The notes beneath the pieces were generated by a model. It did no database searches. It saw only the letters and a program-made list of their open reading frames with translations, and was not told the origin of the DNA. A DNA stretch of 39,252 bases from an uncultured Candidatus Bathyarchaeia archaeon (lineage in GTDB: Archaea; Thermoproteota; Bathyarchaeia; 40CM-2-53-6; JALHTG01), in the NCBI GenBank assembly GCA_964529995.1, contig CAZGZF010000002.1:1-39252 (forward strand). Direction: 5' to 3'. The position numbers and the translations under genes were made by a program. Of the stretch, positions 23,932 through 32,740 are shown piece by piece (the first letter of the stretch is position 1; each line of letters opens with the position of its first letter).

Positions 23932-25221
23932 TCAGGGAGACTCCTTGGGGGAATGAAGGCCTTCGGGGAGCTGAGGAAGTGTCGTGGCTCCATGCGGGAC
24001 AACGACGACTTTCGAGTCTTTTCCAACTGTTCTGAGGGCTGTTTGAAGCGCGGCATTGGCCGTCACGGACGGACGCAGTTTGAAGATGTTTGAAACGTAG
24101 TAATCCGGAATAGTTGATAGGAGATAGATTTTCACTTTTTCAGACGCCTTCATCAGATAATATGCCTTGTGTCCTCCGACGGCGAACTTCTTCTTGATCT
24201 CCTGTTCAACTTGTCGTGATTTGTCAAACTTGCTCATCCAACTATAGAAAATTTCGTTGCCATGCCCCTCCGGACATTCAGCGACGAGAACTATTGCACC
24301 GCCTTCGTTCACGATGTGCAGCGTTTGATGAACCGCTTTGATCGCCTGGTACAAGTCAATGTCTCTCGGTCTTCCTCCCGGGCTCACAACTGCGATGTCA
24401 GCTCTTGCTTCACAAGGAACCTTGCACATCTTGTCCACCAGCTTGACTCCGGTCATGAAGGCGTCGTCGAGGCTTCCTGAGAACGCTCCTACGAGTTCAT
24501 CCCTTCTGTTGAGAACAACGTTCAAGATGAAATCCACTCTAGCCATCCTCGCCGCCTCTGTCATGTCTTCGCTCACAGGATTCCCCTTCAGGAGCCCCGG
24601 AAGGGCCTTTGGATGCAACAACAAAGCGTGATTATGCAGGATACTTTGAGATCCAGATATAGCTGGAAGCACACTCTTACGTCCTCCTCCATACCCTGCG
24701 AAGTAGTGCAGCTCAACATTGCCTGTAAGGATTCTGACATCAGCTTCTGTGAATGTCTTGTTGACGTAGACTTCGGTTCCGCGGCTGGTGTCGCCTATGT
24801 AGGTCAAGTGATCGGATTTGCACTCGTGACTGATAACTTTCACACGGCGGGCATAGCTTATGCCAACAAGCCTAGCTATTTCTTCATCTGTTGCGGGCCT
24901 GTGTGCGCCCGTGCCAATAATGACGGTCACGTCTTCGATTTTGACTCCCGCGTCTGTCAGTCTATCGAGAAGTGGAGGTAGTAGCAGATGAGTCGGTGTT
25001 GGCCTAGTTGCGTCATTTATGACGATCGCAACCTTCTCTCCCCTTGAAGCAGCTGAGCCCAAAGACCCTACACCTATGGGTTTCTCGAGTGCTCGGATAA
25101 TTTCCCGTGCCGGATCTTCTACTGGGGCATCATCTCTGGGTTCAATCACTCCCTGAAAGTTTTCCTCTGGGATCCTGACTGAAGCTTCTGTCCTTCCGTA
25201 TGGAAGCCATATCTCCACCAT
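23932..25221 (-). CDS. LarA-like (lactate racemase N-terminal domain/DUF2088) nickel-pincer-cofactor-dependent racemase/epimerase family protein
   Basis: 429 aa. Typical N-terminus I.LPYG.......IP..N, then VAIVINDATRPTP, IIGTGAHRP and ELHYFAGYGGGRKS blocks. Confidence 0.8.
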   Translation of the reverse strand: MVEIWLPYGRTEASVRIPEENFQGVIEPRDDAPVEDPAREIIRALEKPIGVGSLGSAASRGEKVAIVINDATRPTPTHLLLPPLLDRLTDAGVKIEDVTVIIGTGAHRPATDEEIARLVGISYARRVKVISHECKSDHLTYIGDTSRGTEVYVNKTFTEADVRILTGNVELHYFAGYGGGRKSVLPAISGSQSILHNHALLLHPKALPGLLKGNPVSEDMTEAARMARVDFILNVVLNRRDELVGAFSGSLDDAFMTGVKLVDKMCKVPCEARADIAVVSPGGRPRDIDLYQAIKAVHQTLHIVNEGGAIVLVAECPEGHGNEIFYSWMSKFDKSRQVEQEIKKKFAVGGHKAYYLMKASEKVKIYLLSTIPDYYVSNIFKLRPSVTANAALQTALRTVGKDSKVVVVPHGATTLPQLPEGLHSPKESP

Positions 25222-25332
25222 GGGTCCAAACCTGCCTCTGTCGAGTCAGCTTGGGATATACACACATGGGGAAACGCTGATTTCAGATATTAGCTTCGAC
25301 CAAAAACGTTAAAGACCATCATCGAAACCCCT

Positions 25333-26034
25333 ATGAACGGTGTCTCGATGGCAGTCAGTAGAGATTCCCTAAGTAGGGGACAGATTGCCATTACGTGGTT
25401 CAATAGGTATTCCGGAATACAGTTGAAATCCCGCCACATGGGTGTTGTGATTGACCCAGTTGAAGTCGACGAGTCAATTCTCACCGAGATCGATGCGATT
25501 CTGGTAACGCATGAACACTTTGATCATCTTGACGAAGGAACAGTCATCGACCTTCAATCCAAGACCAATTGCCAAGTAATATGTGACAAAGCGTCGTACG
25601 ACCGGCTGAGCGCCGCCATTCCATCAGGCAAGCTCTCTGCAGCGAATGTCAAAGACGAGTTCCAGATCAAGGACGCAACGATACATGCCGAAAAGAGTTC
25701 GCATCCAGCAGAGGCGCCATTGACCTACCTCATAACCAGCGAAGATGGGGTCACGCTGTATCATACGAGCGACAGTCTACCGTTCAAGGAGATGGCCGAC
25801 ATAGGTAAGAAGCATGATGTGGATGTATGCATGTGCACGATAGGCATCGCTCCTAGCGCGAGTCCAAGAACTGGCGCTGAGATTGCTAACCTCGTCAAAC
25901 CGAACCTGGCCGTTCCGTATCATGGCAAGGCGGAGAAGGAATTCGTGACTATACTCGCGAAGATTGCTCCGAAGATAAAGTCTTGTATAGTCAAGCAGGG
26001 AGAAACCCTCGTGTATCCGGCAGAAAAGGTATAG
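25333..26034 (+). CDS. MBL-fold metal-dependent hydrolase (UPF0173-like)
   Basis: ILVTHEHFDHLD (HxHxDH motif), with downstream His/Asp ligand blocks (HTSDS, VPYHG). The start could be 25333 or ATG 25348. Confidence 0.75.
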   Translation: MNGVSMAVSRDSLSRGQIAITWFNRYSGIQLKSRHMGVVIDPVEVDESILTEIDAILVTHEHFDHLDEGTVIDLQSKTNCQVICDKASYDRLSAAIPSGKLSAANVKDEFQIKDATIHAEKSSHPAEAPLTYLITSEDGVTLYHTSDSLPFKEMADIGKKHDVDVCMCTIGIAPSASPRTGAEIANLVKPNLAVPYHGKAEKEFVTILAKIAPKIKSCIVKQGETLVYPAEKV

Positions 26035-26043
26035 GTGTAGCAT

Positions 26044-26658
26044 GTGAACCGGAGGAAATCGAAAGAGGATATCTGCCAGATCCTCGTGAGGACAGGCGCC
26101 CTGAGGTTTGGGACATTCACGCTCACTAGCGGAAAAGTGAGCCCCTACTACATAGACCTGAGAATTCTACCGAGCTTTCCCGAGGCCTTCGACATCGTTA
26201 CAGGTGTCTATGAGGAAACTGCTAGGATTGAGATCGGAATCGGCAAGTTTGACAGGATTTCCGGGCTTCCGACCGCAGGAATCCCTTACGGAGCAGTCCT
26301 AGCCTTTAGGATGAAGAAGCCCTTCGTATATGTGAGAAAGGAAGCAAAGACCCATGGCAGAGAACGAAGAGTCGAGGGATTACTGTCGCCAGGCGAAAGA
26401 GTCCTAATAGTGGACGACCTGATCACAACAGGGAAGAGCACGCTTGAGGCGATTGACGCAGTAAGATGCGAAAGCGGCGTGGTCGACGATGCACTGGTCC
26501 TGATTGACCGGGAAGAAGGAGGATCGGAGGCGCTAGAAGCGGCCGGTGTAAAGCTTCACGCCTTTCTCAAAGTAACGGAGATCGCGAACACCCTCTACAG
26601 TATGGGATCTATCGACAAGAGACAGTTCGAGGAAATCATAAGGCAAAAAACGAGATGA
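26044..26658 (+). CDS. pyrE: Orotate phosphoribosyltransferase
   Basis: GALRFGTFTLTSGKVSPYYIDLR and PRPP-binding loop VLIVDDLITTGKS. GTG start. Confidence 0.88.
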   Translation: MNRRKSKEDICQILVRTGALRFGTFTLTSGKVSPYYIDLRILPSFPEAFDIVTGVYEETARIEIGIGKFDRISGLPTAGIPYGAVLAFRMKKPFVYVRKEAKTHGRERRVEGLLSPGERVLIVDDLITTGKSTLEAIDAVRCESGVVDDALVLIDREEGGSEALEAAGVKLHAFLKVTEIANTLYSMGSIDKRQFEEIIRQKTR

Positions 26659-27093
26659 AATGGGGCTTCCGCATCGACAAGGCGGCTTCCGGGGCGGGGT
26701 TTCAGCATTCTACTCCCCTCGAGTCCGATACACGTTGACACTTGCAGATACGTTTAGTAGTTCATCTCGACTTAGATGTCGTCGGGTGCCTGTGACGATT
26801 GCCATAGATCAATGATAAACCAAGAATGAGCTCAATCCTGGGGTAGCTGAGGCACCCATCTCGGTTTCGTCTTGTTCTCTGCCATCTCTGAGAACTACGC
26901 CTGTCTCTATCTTCGTTGGTTGTCTCGCAGAGAACATGAACTTGAACCGGTCCTTATGTGCACTGGCGCCATCGCCTTTGAAAAACATCCTTTGCTATCC
27001 AACCATCATGGGCGGACGAGAAGAGCCTTTCGTGGTTATACAACGCCTGACGGGTCGGATCCTTTCGAGGCTCGGCGCGAGGCGTTGTTCATA

Positions 27094-27405
27094 TTACGTA
27101 AGAGAGATTTTTGAGAAGAACTCTCGAAGTGCATCTGCTTGATCGTAATTGGTGTTGAAGTAGTATCTTACTATCGCGCCTCCTCTGGATATAATCAGGC
27201 CTCGCTCAAGCAGTTTTCTCACGTGCTTTGATGCGACTTGGCGCTTCAAACCTGTCACTTGACATATTCTGTACTGTGTGAAGGCGTGGTCAGGATGCTT
27301 GGCGAAAAGTCTTAGAATTCTGAGTCTTGCCTTCGATCCCAGAAGTTTCTCCATCTCAAGGGCGCGGCTGTCATTTCTTATTTTGAGGTTTACTGTTTCT
27401 CTCAT
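27094..27405 (-). CDS. Winged helix-turn-helix (ArsR-like) DNA-binding protein
   Basis: SKARLRILRLFAKHP...FTQYRICQVTGLKRQVASKHVRKLLERGLI is a wHTH pattern. An alternative ATG at 27354 would remove the 35-nt overlap with the cdc6 3' end. Confidence 0.6.
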   Translation of the reverse strand: MRETVNLKIRNDSRALEMEKLLGSKARLRILRLFAKHPDHAFTQYRICQVTGLKRQVASKHVRKLLERGLIISRGGAIVRYYFNTNYDQADALREFFSKISLT

Positions 27406-28603
27406 TTCTGATCATGTTCTCCAACTCTGTCTGGAGGATTTCGACCGGAATCTCCGGAAGGCTTATCAGAAGTCTTCCTTCAAGACGCTTCATGTTGATG
27501 AATCCAGTTTTGGAGAGTTCTGTTAAGACCCCCTGCAACTGGGCGATCCCAATCTTTGTCAGATCGTATTCTTCACAACATATCTGATAGGCCTGCCTAA
27601 CATTCTTGAGATCTACATACGCTTCATCAGGTTTCAACCCTCGTGCCACGGCGAGGAGTATCGCTTTCTCTTGAGTAGAGAGGGGGATCAGATCGTCTCG
27701 TCTGATTCGTGGATGTATCTTCGACCGTGCTTTTCTGACATGTTCTGGAGTAACTCTCTTGGCGTCTTCAAGATCGGCGTATCTCCCTGCGAAAGCTAGA
27801 ATCTCAATCGCGTATCTGGCATCTCCTTGCTCCCCGGCGATATCGGCTATGAAATCGATGACTTCCTCGGATACTGTGTGTGGTTTGAAAGCTTCAATCG
27901 TCCTCTGAATTAAGATACTCTTCAGCTCTGAGGTCTGATAGGGAGGAAGCTCAATCGTATTCGCGCCGAAAAGGGTGCTCACCGTGCTGGGATCGAGTTG
28001 GGGGAGTTCGTATATGCCATGGTTTCGGGCAACGAAGATCGCTGCTATTCTCCTTGGGAAGTTAGCGAGTTCTTCACTTAGTCTTGTGAAGTCATAGATC
28101 ACGTTCTCGCCGGTTCTCCTTATGAAGAAGTCAACCTCATCCAATGCTAGAAGCAAGTAGAGGTCGTTATCGTTCAAATAGTCATAGATTCCTCGGAGCA
28201 TCTGGCTTGGACTGTATCCCCTTACTGCGAGCTCGCGTGGGTTTATCTTCATAGCCAAATTCAATACCAAAGACCATCTGCTCTCAACTGTTCGACAGTT
28301 CAAGTAAACATAAACTAGATTGATCTCTCGGCTTTTTGCAACCTTAACGAGGTTCTCGCCAAAATACTTCGCCAGAACAGTCTTACCTACACCGACTCCC
28401 CCAAAGATCAGCGCCCTAGGGCTGGCTCTACCTGGATTGTCTAGCAAGAGATGAAATGCCTGTGCTAGGCGCTTGAGCTGAGCATCTCTATGTGGTAACC
28501 TGGATGGCATATAGTCAAAGTCAAGCTTGGACTCGTCGATAAACACAGAATCCTTGATCCTTGAAATGGCTACCTCTATGTACTCTGCCACTTCCTCTTC
28601 CAC
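27371..28603 (-). CDS. cdc6: Orc1/Cdc6 replication initiator (AAA+ plus C-terminal winged helix)
   Basis: N-terminal DYMPSRLPHRD, Walker A FGGVGVGKT, Walker B LLLALDEVD, sensor/arginine regions and a C-terminal wHTH. GTG start at 28601-28603. Confidence 0.92.
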   Translation of the reverse strand: MEEEVAEYIEVAISRIKDSVFIDESKLDFDYMPSRLPHRDAQLKRLAQAFHLLLDNPGRASPRALIFGGVGVGKTVLAKYFGENLVKVAKSREINLVYVYLNCRTVESRWSLVLNLAMKINPRELAVRGYSPSQMLRGIYDYLNDNDLYLLLALDEVDFFIRRTGENVIYDFTRLSEELANFPRRIAAIFVARNHGIYELPQLDPSTVSTLFGANTIELPPYQTSELKSILIQRTIEAFKPHTVSEEVIDFIADIAGEQGDARYAIEILAFAGRYADLEDAKRVTPEHVRKARSKIHPRIRRDDLIPLSTQEKAILLAVARGLKPDEAYVDLKNVRQAYQICCEEYDLTKIGIAQLQGVLTELSKTGFINMKRLEGRLLISLPEIPVEILQTELENMIRNERNSKPQNKK

Positions 28604-28650
28604 ACAAACGAATTTGACAGCGCCATTTCATGAACGAGATGGCCCTCGTT

Positions 28651-28658
28651 AATATAAG
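28651..28658 (-). promoter_or_regulatory. TATA-box-like element upstream of cdc6, followed by a 6-N6-6 inverted repeat
   Basis: The minus strand reads CTTATATT, immediately followed by AACGAG-N6-CTCGTT (28633-28650), which lies between the box and GTG 28603. Confidence 0.35.
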
Positions 28659-28746
28659 CAAGAGAGAGAAACGAAAGTAATGGAGAAGATTCTTTCTCGA
28701 CTATCGCGGAAATGAACTAATCAAAGCGTTCTATCAGGATTCAATA

Positions 28747-29691
28747 CTAGTAGCCCAATTTCTTGTCAACGAGATTCACCAGACGTTGGCCCGACGTGTA
28801 GCGCCGCAGGTTCTCACAGAAAACATCGCATATCCTAGTCCAATAGTCTGGTGTTGAGCCAGCCACATGCGGTGTAATAATCACGTTCTCCATACGCCAT
28901 AGTTCACAGTCTGGAGGAAGAGGTTCCTCTTCGAACACGTCGAGACCGGCGCCTGCTATTGTGCCGTCCTTAAGGGCGCCAACAAGTTCGTGCTGTCGAA
29001 CAATTCTGCCACGGCTCACATTGACGAGAACGGCGTCACGCCTCATTGTTGAGAGTTCTTGCTCTCCGATCATGCCCTCGGTCTCTCGGGTCAAAGGCAC
29101 CGAGAGAACAACAAACTCTGACCTTTCCAGCAAGGTCCGGAGTGCTGACGGAGCAAATACCTCGTCTACGTAGCTGGGTAGGGCAGTCGTATCCTTGTCA
29201 ACGGCCAGGACCTTCATGCCGAAACATTTTGCTTTCCGAGCTATCTCCCTCCCAATGACTCCGAGGCCCACGATTCCAATGACCTTCCGCTGAAGTTCGT
29301 CGCACTCAAGCTTAGCCCACCTTCTCTCCAGCTGATATCTCATAAACGTGTTCAGCCGTCTGCTGAAGGCCAAGATTAGGGCAAGGGCATGGTCAGAAAC
29401 CTGAGCAAAATGGATGCCCCTTGCGTTCGTAAGCATGACTTCCGACGAAACGAACTCAGGGAAAAGGAATCTGTCAACTCCTGCCGCTACAGCCTGGACC
29501 CACTTCAGCTTCTTAGCAGCCGCAAACATATCCTTCGTAAACCTGCCCGCCAGCAGAACTTCTGCGTCAGCCGTAGCCAAGACCAAGGCGCTTGGATCTG
29601 TGCCCTTCTGGATGTCAATGCCGGGCATGCATGTACGAATGCGATCGACATACTCTTGGTCGAGGTCGAACGAAACGAGAATTCTTAACAT
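28747..29691 (-). CDS. D-isomer-specific 2-hydroxyacid dehydrogenase (glyoxylate/hydroxypyruvate reductase-like)
   Basis: NAD fold IGIVGLGVIGREIARK and catalytic region NVSRGRIV...DVFEEEPLP...ITPHVAGST. ATG 29691 (MLRILVSFD) is preferred over ORF-track 29709. Confidence 0.85.
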   Translation of the reverse strand: MLRILVSFDLDQEYVDRIRTCMPGIDIQKGTDPSALVLATADAEVLLAGRFTKDMFAAAKKLKWVQAVAAGVDRFLFPEFVSSEVMLTNARGIHFAQVSDHALALILAFSRRLNTFMRYQLERRWAKLECDELQRKVIGIVGLGVIGREIARKAKCFGMKVLAVDKDTTALPSYVDEVFAPSALRTLLERSEFVVLSVPLTRETEGMIGEQELSTMRRDAVLVNVSRGRIVRQHELVGALKDGTIAGAGLDVFEEEPLPPDCELWRMENVIITPHVAGSTPDYWTRICDVFCENLRRYTSGQRLVNLVDKKLGY

Positions 29692-29769
29692 GGAAGGCTC
29701 TTTCCGCAAGGAAACGTTAGGCCTTGAGCCGTCTGGGGGGATGTGGGATGTTCATGTTTGGGTTCAGCA

Positions 29770-30648
29770 CTAGCGTTTGTCGCCCTTCTTCTCAATCATA
29801 TGGAGCGCGGCTGCGACAGCAAGAGGTACCGCAACCGCTACAAGCATGAGGAACTGAGCGATTCCGATCCCAGCCTCAGATACGAGCGCTTCTCCTTTGG
29901 GTCTGGCGTATCCCGAAGCAACTATTTCCCCTGTGAGGTCCATCCACACTCCGAACTCTGTGATTGACGTATTGAGTTCCCTTCTGGCGACGAGGTCAAC
30001 GGTGTGACCCAGCTTGACCCTGTAACTCGTTTCTCCTCTAGCCATGTTGTAGGCCATCTCCCACTTGGGAAGAGGTGTCTCGATAGGTTTGAACTGAAGC
30101 ATAGTGATGTTGCCAGCAATGTCCCTTGCCCTATAAGGGGTTATTGGGGTGGTCCGGTTGTCGTAGAAACGAGTGGCGGTCATGTTCTCGTAGCGAGAGA
30201 TGGCGTCACGAAAGTAAGCCTTTCCCACCAGATTGTAGTTTGCACCCTCCGCCGAGAGATCATCCGTGACGTTGAACGCTCTCCAAGTCAGATTTGCAGT
30301 GATGACTTCTTCCCGCTTTGAGACGACCCCCACGATATCGAACTCTACGGAAAGGCTGATCGTGTTGTTCGTGAATGTGCAGAGGACAGAAAGGCTCTTC
30401 ACCGACGCCTCGGGAATTCTGGTCTTGACGTGTCTCTCAAGAGCTCTCGCAGCATTGGCCAACGAATCTCCAGAAACGGTGATTTTCTTCTCAAATAGGC
30501 TTGTGATGTTCTGGGTTAGGCTTGACGATGCCTTGACATGAACACGATCTGGCTCGATTGTGGCGGAGAAGCTTGACGCAGATGTTGTCATCACATTTCC
30601 GAACAGGATGATTGCGATGAACGACGCAACAATTAGCGTTCTGTTCAT
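29770..30648 (-). CDS. Hypothetical secreted, C-terminally anchored surface protein rich in N-glycosylation sequons
   Basis: There is a signal peptide after ATG 30648 (MNRTLIVASFIAIILFGNVMTTSASS) and a C-terminal TM helix followed by KKGDKR. At least eight N-x-S/T sequons are present. No family recognised. Confidence 0.6.
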   Translation of the reverse strand: MNRTLIVASFIAIILFGNVMTTSASSFSATIEPDRVHVKASSSLTQNITSLFEKKITVSGDSLANAARALERHVKTRIPEASVKSLSVLCTFTNNTISLSVEFDIVGVVSKREEVITANLTWRAFNVTDDLSAEGANYNLVGKAYFRDAISRYENMTATRFYDNRTTPITPYRARDIAGNITMLQFKPIETPLPKWEMAYNMARGETSYRVKLGHTVDLVARRELNTSITEFGVWMDLTGEIVASGYARPKGEALVSEAGIGIAQFLMLVAVAVPLAVAAALHMIEKKGDKR

Positions 30649-30747
30649 CTGGCAGTCCTCTGATCTATTGCCCTTCTCCGAGATCTGCAAGCTGACTTGA
30701 GATGGCTATATAATCCCTTTGAACTGCGTTGCGCTCTTGGGTGCTTC

Positions 30748-31083
30748 TTACCGTACCTTCGTCCCAGCTGGGACGTCACCTTCAACAGTCAGCCAGATCG
30801 GTCTTCCCTGCAGATCAGCCGCGAGCAACATTCCTTTCGACTCGACGCCGGCTATCATCTTCGGTTGAAGGTTCAGCAACACAACAACCGTTCTTCCTTG
30901 AAAGTACTCGGGCGAATAGTACTCTGCTCCTCCCGCTATTGTTTGAATCTGCTGGTCGCCGACATCTATCTGAAGCCTGTAGATCTTCCTCTTTTCAGGA
31001 ATTCTCTCCACTTTCACGACTTTCCCAGTCCTGAGGTCCAACCTTTGGAAATCCCCAAGCGAGATCAAGCTCATTGTAACCAC
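30748..31083 (-). CDS. tRNA-binding domain protein (Trbp111/CsaA/MetRS-C-like OB fold)
   Basis: F..LDLR.GKVV.VE......K.Y.L.IDVG...Q.......Y........G..V.....L.P....G..S.GMLLAA is the canonical tRNA_bind pattern. Confidence 0.8.
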   Translation of the reverse strand: MVTMSLISLGDFQRLDLRTGKVVKVERIPEKRKIYRLQIDVGDQQIQTIAGGAEYYSPEYFQGRTVVVLLNLQPKMIAGVESKGMLLAADLQGRPIWLTVEGDVPAGTKVR

Positions 31084-31230
31084 CTTCCCGATAGATAGAC
31101 CAAAGAACCTAAAAGAGTTTGGCGATTTCCTGACGGGGCTAACTCAGTCGTGGAGGACAAATGGGTAGCTAGCACTGCGTTCAAGCTCTGCCAAAGTGCT
31201 CTTTTTCGGCTGTGATTGGACATCGCCCAA

Positions 31231-31734
31231 TCAACCCTTCACAAAAAAGACGTGGTTACACTGGCTGTCTCCGTTCATCAAGGTTTTGGTCAGTGAGAGG
31301 CCAAGCCTAGGATTGAAGGATCTGACGCTGGGCTCATCTCCCTCGCAGAGCCATCTTCCAATATCTTGTGCGTGTAGCTCGTTGAAAATCTCGGCCCACA
31401 GACAACGACGAAACCTGTATCCGACCTGATCAGGCTTGTCCACCACACGCTCCCACACATGAGATCCTATGCATCCCGCCTCAAGCTGCCCGCAGAAAAT
31501 ACGCAAGTCGCCTTCAGGTGTTCCGAGTTCCGAAGCGGGTCTTGGCTCTCGTGCCAGAACTGCCTTCTTCGCAACTTCAACGGCGCCCTGACCGTATTCA
31601 AGTTCGAGCGACCGAATGACTTTTACGAGCGCCTTTGCACATGTGATCATCTTCATCTTCAAAAGATCCGCAATAGCCTCCTCGGTCTGCTCGCTGATAC
31701 GTTCGCTTGTTATCTCTCGAATCGAACCTCTCAT
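31231..31734 (-). CDS. L-2-amino-thiazoline-4-carboxylic acid hydrolase-like (ATC_hydrolase family) protein
   Basis: 167 aa. The C-terminal pattern C.WAEIF.E......G...C.GD......FNP...L..T.TLM.G...C...F resembles PF14196. The assignment is from memory of the motif only. Confidence 0.5.
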   Translation of the reverse strand: MRGSIREITSERISEQTEEAIADLLKMKMITCAKALVKVIRSLELEYGQGAVEVAKKAVLAREPRPASELGTPEGDLRIFCGQLEAGCIGSHVWERVVDKPDQVGYRFRRCLWAEIFNELHAQDIGRWLCEGDEPSVRSFNPRLGLSLTKTLMNGDSQCNHVFFVKG

Positions 31735-31782
31735 TGCCTTCCCTCATCCTGAGCATCTTTCTTGCAGCGAGGTGCTGGCTAG

Positions 31783-32721
31783 TCACCTCAAAAGCTTGAT
31801 GAGCGCTTCAGACGCCATCACGCTGGCCGCTTTCTGGGCTTCGACTGTTTGTGCGCCTATGTGGCACGTGCACACAGTGACGCCGTCTGGCTGAGAAACG
31901 ATCTCCTTCTCCCACTCTTCCGTCGGAGGCTCGTTCTGGAAAACATCGAGTCCAACCCCCGAAAGATGTTTGACCTTGAGTGCTTTGAGGAGGGCACGTC
32001 CGTTCACAATCTCTCCTCTCGACGTGTTGATGAGAATGCTGCCTCTCTTCATTCTAAAGATTCTCTTCTCGTCGAGCAGGTGATATGTCGCCTCGGAGTA
32101 GGGCACGTGAATGGTGACAATGTCGGAACGAACCAGAAGGTCGTCAAGCTCTGTTGCAACCTCTATGCCCATTTCTGATGTGCGATTCTTGATGTCCACA
32201 ACATCGTAGCCGATGACGCTGGCTTCGAAGCCCTTCCTCAAGATTCTTGTCACTTCACTTCCGATTCTACCTCCTGCTCCGATTACCCCCACAGCCTTCC
32301 CTCTCAGTTCCCGACCGACCAGGCGAGACTTGATCCATTTGCCCTCTTTCATATTGCGATCAGCGAAGCTTACTCGTCGAAGGACATCGAGCATCAAGGC
32401 CACTGTCAGTTCGGCAACGCTCACAGTCAAAGCAGCCGGCGTAGACATGACCTGTATGCCGGCCTGTCTTGCAAAGTCAGCATCCACATTGTCAAGACCC
32501 GCACCAGCCCTGACGACAGCCTTCAATCTCTTGCCTGCACTTATGACATCTCGAGTAATCTTTGTCCTGCTACGAACCATTACAACGTCATATTCTCCGA
32601 TAATGCTCAGCAGCTCCTGACTCGTAATCGCTGGCCTCTCGTCAACTCGAAATCCTTCCTTCCGAAGGACCTCTAATCCCTCAGGCTCCACAGGATCGCA
32701 GACTAAGACTCTCGAAGGCAT
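31783..32721 (-). CDS. D-3-phosphoglycerate dehydrogenase-like 2-hydroxyacid dehydrogenase
   Basis: VLVCDPV..EGLE.L, the NAD fold GKAVGVIGAGGRIGSEV, and NTSRGEIV...DVF..EP...H(I)GA(Q)T. ATG 32721 (MPSRVLVCD) is preferred; the ORF-track start 32832 would overlap the upstream gene. Confidence 0.82.
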   Translation of the reverse strand: MPSRVLVCDPVEPEGLEVLRKEGFRVDERPAITSQELLSIIGEYDVVMVRSRTKITRDVISAGKRLKAVVRAGAGLDNVDADFARQAGIQVMSTPAALTVSVAELTVALMLDVLRRVSFADRNMKEGKWIKSRLVGRELRGKAVGVIGAGGRIGSEVTRILRKGFEASVIGYDVVDIKNRTSEMGIEVATELDDLLVRSDIVTIHVPYSEATYHLLDEKRIFRMKRGSILINTSRGEIVNGRALLKALKVKHLSGVGLDVFQNEPPTEEWEKEIVSQPDGVTVCTCHIGAQTVEAQKAASVMASEALIKLLR

Positions 32722-32740
32722 TGCTAACTCATTCCAGAGT

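Noticed and set aside
26784-26857. tRNA-sized (74 nt) element closed by a 7-bp stem GGGTGCC...GGCACCC
   Set aside because: Neither strand can be folded into a cloverleaf. There is no T-loop (GTTCRANNC) and no D-arm consensus. 7-bp inverted repeats at this spacing are expected many times by chance in 39 kb. I found no tRNA elsewhere in the window either.
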